The translations under genes were made by a program, and so were the position numbers. A stretch of DNA of 9,916 bases from Fonticula alba ATCC 38817 (lineage: Eukaryota; Protista; Nucleariida). Shown here piece by piece: positions 1 to 5,244 of this stretch. The stretch is from the NCBI GenBank assembly GCA_000388065.2, contig KB932212.1; one strand, 5' to 3'. The notes under the pieces are model-generated. The model made no database searches. It was given only the letters and a program-made list of their open reading frames with translations, and was not told where the DNA came from. Numbering within the stretch: position 1 is the stretch's first letter; each line of letters begins with the position of its first letter.

Positions 1-10
1 CCCCCCCCCC

Positions 11-30
11 GCCAGCCAGCCAGCCAGCCA
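11..30. repeat. (GCCA)5 microsatellite next to a C10 run
   Basis: Read directly from the sequence. Confidence 0.9.
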
Positions 31-340
31 GCGCGCCCCCTAAACGTGGTCCCGGCTCGTGCATGCCCGACCCCTGGGCACACCTGCGGGGAACACATCA
101 TCGCCCGGGACATCGCCGCCCAAAGGGGAGGGGGCCCGGCCTGGCCCGGCTGATCGATCAAGCCGGCCGGACCCGGCCCCACACGAAAATGCCGGCAGGG
201 CGCGCTCTGCCGGCGCGCATACACCTGCGTGCGCACCAGGCCAACAGGAACACACCCCCCCACGGATGGGCAGGGGCGGCCGGGGGAGGGGGGGGGGGGC
301 AGGGAACCCATTTTCTCTATGGCGACGCGTGATGGCCATG

Positions 341-352
341 AATATATATATT
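341..352. repeat. AATATATATATT, a short self-complementary (AT)n tract
   Basis: Read directly; an AT island in GC-rich DNA. Confidence 0.8.
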
Positions 353-1024
353 AACCCTACTGGCTTGCATGCTGTCCCCGATTAAATGGCTGCGACTGAC
401 GATGGCGAGACAAGTAAGGTGCTTAACTCGGTCGCACAACGCCCTGCCCTGCACTTGCCTCCCTGCGCGTCGGAAGGCGAGCGGGAGGGAACACCCCGGC
501 AAACTACCACCCCACCCGCCCAAAGGTTGCCCGCTCGCCCGCCTGCCTTTCGCGTGTCGTCTCTCCGCCGTGGAGCCGCATTTTTCTCACACATTTACAT
601 TGAGGAACAGGGGAGGGAGGCGACGCGGGGGCGCGCGGGGAAGGGAGGCGCTGCCAGAAGGAGGAGCCGACAAGGCAGCCTTTTTTTCTTGCCACCAGTG
701 CGCGCGCTTGCTGTGTGTCGATGCGCCAGGCATCGAGACCAGATGCACTGATTGGCCGCTGCTTGTCCGCTCTTGGGGCGTCTCCTCCGCCCCGCGGCGG
801 CCGCTGCGCGCTCTTTCGGTCGTCTGACACGCGGAGCCGCCTCCGCCATGGCCACCACCCCCGCGCACACGGGCCAGCGCTCCTTGATGGCCGGGATCCC
901 GCAACCGACACAGCGGAGGCGAGAGGGAGAGAGAGAGGGGGGGGGGGAGGGGGAGGGGGGTGCCAGGGCTCCATGTCCCTGCTCTGCGGCGCGGCGCAGT
1001 CAGTCCTCACACATGCCGTCCGGC

Positions 1025-1111
1025 TTAGAAGAGCATGGACAGGGCAGAGGCGGTGGCCACACCGAGCGCGGCGGCCGTGGCGAAGGCCGCGCTGTTGGAA
1101 GCAGCCGAGTT
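1025..1111 (-). other. GPI-anchor attachment signal (omega-site region plus hydrophobic tail)
   Basis: The last 28 aa are NSAASNSAAFATAAALGVATASALSMLF*: small residues at candidate omega sites, then an uncharged hydrophobic tail with no cytoplasmic segment, preceded by a Pro/Thr-rich linker. Confidence 0.72.
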
Positions 1112-2816
1112 GCCGACGGGCCACGGGGTCGGGGCGATGGGGTTGACGGTGGGCTGGACCGGCTCGGNNNNNNNNNNNNNNNNNNNNNNNNNNNNNNNNN
1201 NNNNNNNNNNNNNNNNNNNNNNNNNNNNNNNNNNNNNNNNNNNNNNNNNNNNNNNNNNNNNNNNNNNNNNNNNNNNNNNNNNNNNNNNNNNNNNNNNNNN
1301 NNNNNNNNGGGGGGGGGGCGGGGCGGGGCGGTCGCGGGAAGGGGGAGGCAGGCAGGAAAGTCGCACCAAACTTGCTGGCACCGATGACACCGTAGGCGAC
1401 ACGGCGGCCCTTGACACCGCTGGCGGAGACATCGCTGCAGTCGTCGGCGGCATTGTGGATGACGATGGCGCGGCCGAGGAGAGTGTTGATGCCGGAGCGG
1501 AAGATGTTCACGCCGGGCAGGACGAAGGACTCCTTGACGGTACCGGAGTCCGAGGTGCGGACATTGCCGAGGTCACCGGCACGCGAGCGGGCCGGGTCGG
1601 TGGAGCGGCAGCCATGCTGGGCATTGCGCACCGGGCTCCACACGTTGCCCAGGTTGTCGACATTGTCCTCCAGGATGGAAGCGAACTCGGTGATGTGCAG
1701 GCCGAGGTCACGGTTGCGGGGCAGGCCAGCCAGGTCCATGTGCACGCGCACACCGTCGGCCAGCTGCTCGAAGCGGGTGGTACCGCGCGCGCCGCTGAAG
1801 TCGGAGTCGGCGTTGCGTCCGGGGATCGGGTGCCAGACGGCCTTGGCCTCGTTGAGCATGGGCTCGACTGGAGACCGGGAGGGGGTGGGGGCGGGGGAGA
1901 CACGGAGCAAACGAACGGCCGAGTAAGAGGCAAGGAGGAATTGGGCAGATGAGTGCGCGCGCCGGCAGGGAAGCAAGGGGCGACACGTTAGCATGGGCAA
2001 AGCACGCCGGCGGCCGGCCAAAGTGTGCGGACAAATGGCAGTGTGCGCGTGCGCGCGCGCGAGCACAAACGCACCATGACGCTCAAGGTCCAGGTTGTAG
2101 ACCTCGGAGCCCGGGGCGTATCCGATGACACCCTGCGAGAGGACGGCACCGAGCTGGATGGCGTCCGGGCACTTGTCCAGCGGCTGGGAGTAGTTGTGCA
2201 CGGCGATACCACGGCCCAGGATCAGGCCGTTGTTGTTGATGTTCAGGGAGATGGCATTGTGGCTGAGGGTGGCCTTGGCCCGGCCATCGGCGCCGATCTG
2301 GACATTGCCCAGGACACCACCGAAGGTGCCCTCCTCGCAGTTGGCCACCAGACCCTCAGGGTTGAAGACGCCGGCCATGCTGGAGCCATTGGAGTTGCTG
2401 ATGTCGCCCAGCTCGTGGATGCGCATGGCGCGCAGGCTGTTGGCCTGGCGCTGCATGCCGGCCAGGGAGACCACCGCGCGGACAACCTTGTTGGAGTCCT
2501 CGTGGAAGGCCACCCACCCATGGCAGTCCGGGCAGTTGCTGGTGCCGAGCATGCGCGAGCTGGCAATCAGCTTGTAGGCTATGGTAGGTGATGGCGGCCG
2601 GGGGCGGAGCGGGGAAAAGGGGTCAGCGTCAGGGACAGGGGCGTGTGGCTGCGCGAGCAGCGGCGAGGGGGGGGGGGCGGGGGGCGGGGACAGGCAAGCG
2701 GAAGGGGGGTGGAGGAAAGAAGGGACACGGGCAAAGGTGCCGGGCAGGCGCGTACCCTGGGACGAGCCAAGCAGGCAGGCGAAGACGGCGATGGCGAAGG
2801 TCTTGGAGATGGTCAT
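1025..2816 (-). CDS. Secreted, probably GPI-anchored protein with two tandem degenerate Cu/Zn superoxide dismutase-like domains. Exons: 2816-2756, 2578-2075, 1867-1367, and a last exon from within the N gap (visible from 1167) to 1025
   Basis: ATG at 2816. Signal peptide MTISKTFAIAVFACLLGSSQA. Donors GTACGC (2755), GTGCGT (2074), GTGCGA (1366); acceptors TAG (2579) and CAG (1868), all joining in phase 1. SOD-fold motifs in domain 1: RIHELGD, FNP, LGNV, LGRGIAVH, GVIG. In domain 2: GLHITEF, HGC, AGDLGNV, LGRAIVIH, RVAYGVIG. After the gap: EPVQPTVNPIAPTPWPVGNSAASNSAAFATAAALGVATASALSMLF, then TAA at 1027-1025. The intron-3 acceptor is hidden in Ns, so the total length (about 402 aa or more) is uncertain. 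Confidence 0.88.
1168..1308. other. Assembly gap (141 N) covering the 3' part of intron 3 and the start of the last exon of the SOD-like gene
   Basis: N run abutting a G homopolymer (1309-1318). Confidence 0.98.
1380..1847 (-). other. Cu/Zn SOD-like domain 2 (degenerate)
   Basis: Aligned by eye to SOD1: H46 kept and H48->T (GLHITEF), H63->V (LGNVWSP), H71 kept (QHGC), H80->R and D83 kept (SRAGDLGN), H120 kept (IVIHN), R143 kept and C146->Y (GRRVAYGVIG). Confidence 0.85.
2121..2570 (-). other. Cu/Zn SOD-like domain 1 (degenerate)
   Basis: Aligned by eye to SOD1: H46->R, H48 kept (RIHELGD), H63->V (AGVFNP), no H71, H80->F and D83->V (TFGGVLGN), H120 kept (IAVHN), R143->V, C146->Q. Confidence 0.8.
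2756..2816 (-). other. Signal peptide exon of the SOD-like gene
   Basis: Basic N-region (K5), hydrophobic core FAIAVFACLL, and small residues S-Q-A at -3/-1 after splicing. Predicted cleavage SQA|YK. Judged by eye, not with a predictor. Confidence 0.8.
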
Positions 2817-2930
2817 CTTGGCAGATTAAAAGGAAGAAAAGGGGCGAGAGGGGGGGGGGGAGTCAATGGCAGGGGATATCGAATCAGGCTAGCTGGTGAT
2901 ATCAGGATACTGCTGCTTGATGATTCTCTT

Positions 2931-2965
2931 CCACTGGGAGGGCTGTCGGCTGGGTGCTTTAAATA
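2931..2965 (-). promoter_or_regulatory. Putative core promoter of the SOD-like gene: TATA variant TATTTAAA (2965-2958) and initiator-like CCCAGT (A at 2935)
   Basis: The first T of the TATA-like box lies 30 nt upstream of the Inr-like A, in otherwise very GC-rich DNA, 119 nt upstream of the ATG. Confidence 0.5.
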
Positions 2966-3030
2966 GGCCGGGGGGTCGGGGGCACAGGTCAGCCGGCCGG
3001 CCGGCGTGGCGAGGGGGGAGGCCAGGGGGG

Positions 3031-3050
3031 AGGCGAGGCGAGGCGAGGCG
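3031..3050. repeat. (AGGCG)4 pentanucleotide repeat
   Basis: Read directly from the sequence. Confidence 0.9.
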
Positions 3051-3967
3051 GCGAACGGCGGGCGGGGGACAAGGTGGTGGTGGTGTGCCCGGCAGCCATG
3101 GCCGGGACAGACGCCGGCGGGGGCAGGGCACAGTCTGCAGGGCTGAATGGGGCGGGGCAGCCGCAAACGGAAGGTCACCAGACACAAGAGAGTAGCAAGC
3201 GGGGAATGAGGCGAGATCTTCGGGCGCCGGGAGGCCGACACTGGCCTGTGCCTGGCTTCTCCTTCCCCTCCCCCCCCCCCCCCCCTCGCATACACATACT
3301 GACTCGCAATTCGCCTGTCCGCCTGCCCGAAAGCCGGAGCTCCCGATCCTGCCAGGGGCCGAAGGACACGGCTGACCCACCCGCAGGGAGACCGGGCGGC
3401 GTCGGGTTTCCCCAGGTCTCGGGCCCCAGGTCAATTGACCGATTTTGGGCGCGGTGGAATGGTGCACCTGGCTGGCCGCCTGCCTGCCGGCCATGAGATT
3501 TCCGCCCACACCCACACAACGTAAGGACAACCCGGAAGAGGGAACTTCCTGGCGCCTCGGTACATGGCCATACGCTTGACAAGCGGGGCAGCGCCCTGCA
3601 TCTTTGCGTTCTTCGGTGGCAATGTTTACATTTTTAAAATGTACTGGCCAATGTGCGGTGCCCCCCCTGCCTGTTCCAGAGCCACGCCACTGCCCACTGC
3701 CCAGCGTGGAGAGACTTCTCCCCGGGGTCCCGGGCCCGGAGAGCTCCACGCATTGGGGCCCTTGGTATCGCGCAAAGTGTGCCCGCTGGTCTCAATCCAC
3801 CACAGATCACCCCCGTATATGCATCTGGCAGCGGGATTCCTCGCGACAAGTGTCTGGCCCTGTTTGCAGTGCCGGGGCTCGGATCACTCACCTCCATTAC
3901 CCTCCCTCCCACTTTACATTGCCCCCCCCCCCCCCAGGAGAGTAATGTGTGGGGGGGAGGGGAATAT

Positions 3968-3973
3968 TTTATT
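3968..3973 (-). promoter_or_regulatory. Possible polyadenylation signal AATAAA
   Basis: The only canonical AATAAA I found on the minus strand downstream of the AMPD stop (about 1.27 kb away). A CA dinucleotide lies about 18 nt downstream. No transcript evidence. Confidence 0.25.
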
Positions 3974-4370
3974 GGGATACCATCTTCGCTCTATTGCAGC
4001 CAGATCAGGCAGAAAATAGAGGGCGAGAAAGAAAGAGATAGAGAGAGGGGGGGGGGAGGGGGGAACAGGGAACAGACATCCACGCAGGGATGGCGCGCCA
4101 TCTCGGAAGATCGGCGTCCCGCGCCAATATCCCGGGGAAAGGGGCGTGCTACAAGGCCCGATCAGCTCGGCGCTCCCGGGGCAACCACCATGTAGAGGAG
4201 AGGGCCGGAACAGGCTGCGCCCAGCAGGCCGCATTGTGGCACGCTGGAACTCGCATTCCTCGGTGTAGCCCACAACCGGCCCCATGGCCCCCATCGCTGG
4301 CCGCGCTGAACCATGAGACATTGATCCCCTCCATACCCCACGGCGCCCCCTCGCCCCCGCGCCCCACCGG

Positions 4371-4385
4371 CACACACACACACAC
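4371..4385. repeat. (CA)n microsatellite
   Basis: Read directly from the sequence. Confidence 0.9.
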
Positions 4386-5083
4386 GCCCCGGGCAAGGGA
4401 TCTCCCTCCCACCCGGGGCCGGGTCTCCCACCCGTGTGAACAGTTGGGAGGTGGAATCGGGGTATTATCTCTGCGGCGGGCTCGTGTGCTCCCCCCCCCC
4501 CCCGCCCCCGCCCCACGCCGGGGGCGCAACATGCCCGCCGCCAGGGCGCGGGACCGGGACACAAAGCAGGGTGGCATCATGTGGATGGGGGAGATATACG
4601 CTCGGCGGGTGGCCTTATGATCGTCAAATTGAACAGCACAACGATGAGCTGAGGCACAGAGTATATTGTGGCACAGAGATGAGGGGGACACACGGGCAAC
4701 ATTTCCATCGGACAAGGGCCGCATTGTGCCCCGCATGCTCCCGTCTCTCTGTGGAGGAGGGCCGGGAGGCGAGGGGGGAGGCCTGTGACAGAATAGAGGC
4801 CACTTGCGCGGGAGTCAACAGGACAGGGACATTAAGAGGCGCCCTGCCCGGTTCTCGACCACGCTCAAGAGAAGGGGCGGCAAAGGAGAAATGCATAGAT
4901 GGGGGGGGGGGAGGGCGAAGGGGGAGCTCAGGCTGTCGATGAAAGGATGATAGAGTGCCGACAGCCGGGGAGGGGGGAGGGCGGGGGAGGGGAAAAGGCC
5001 ATCACGTCCTCCCAGTGAGGAAGGAGAGAAGCGTGGCAGACAAGAAGAGAAAGAGAGGGGGAGGGGGGGCAGAGGCGGATGCT

Positions 5084-5131
5084 CATACATACACACACGC
5101 ATACATGTGTGTGTGTGTGTGTGTGTGTGCA
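5084..5131. repeat. Compound (CA)n/(TG)n microsatellite: 48 nt of perfect purine-pyrimidine alternation
   Basis: Read directly; about 115-160 nt downstream of the AMPD stop codon. Confidence 0.9.
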
Positions 5132-5244
5132 ACAGCAGCCCGACCGCGCGCGCGAGCACGCCCCCTCCGCCTCCCTCCACCCTGGCCCCCGCGCGCACAC
5201 AAGAGGGGGGGATGGAAGAACATGCGGGCACACGCATTCATGCC

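Noticed and set aside
1168-1366. Apparent frameshift in the SOD-like gene suggesting a pseudogene, or a hidden third SOD domain
   Set aside because: A clear donor at 1366 explains the frame change as an intron. The gap plus visible intron is about 199 nt, a normal intron size here, leaving no room for another domain unless the gap is badly underestimated.
1380-2570. Inter-domain complementation of metal ligands (H48 from domain 1, H46 from domain 2) to form one active site
   Set aside because: In the SOD fold these ligands sit on the same strand inside one subunit, and His63 is missing from both domains, so a shared site is geometrically implausible without major rearrangement.
504-2816. Single 770-aa ORF from the track taken as the protein
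   Set aside because: It reads through two in-frame introns and an N gap of estimated length. After the gap the real frame is a different one (GPI tail, stop at 1025).
3441-4682. snRNA/snoRNA-like fragments (Sm-like GATTTTGG at 3441, ACAGAGA at 4673, ATGATCG...CTGA at 4617-4651)
   Set aside because: Isolated short matches without the surrounding conserved sequence, spacing or structure of U snRNAs or C/D snoRNAs.
2817-5244. Intergenic ORFs of 90-286 aa as protein-coding genes
   Set aside because: Low-complexity Pro/Gly/Arg translations crossing homopolymers and microsatellites, without the GC3 bias of the two real genes.
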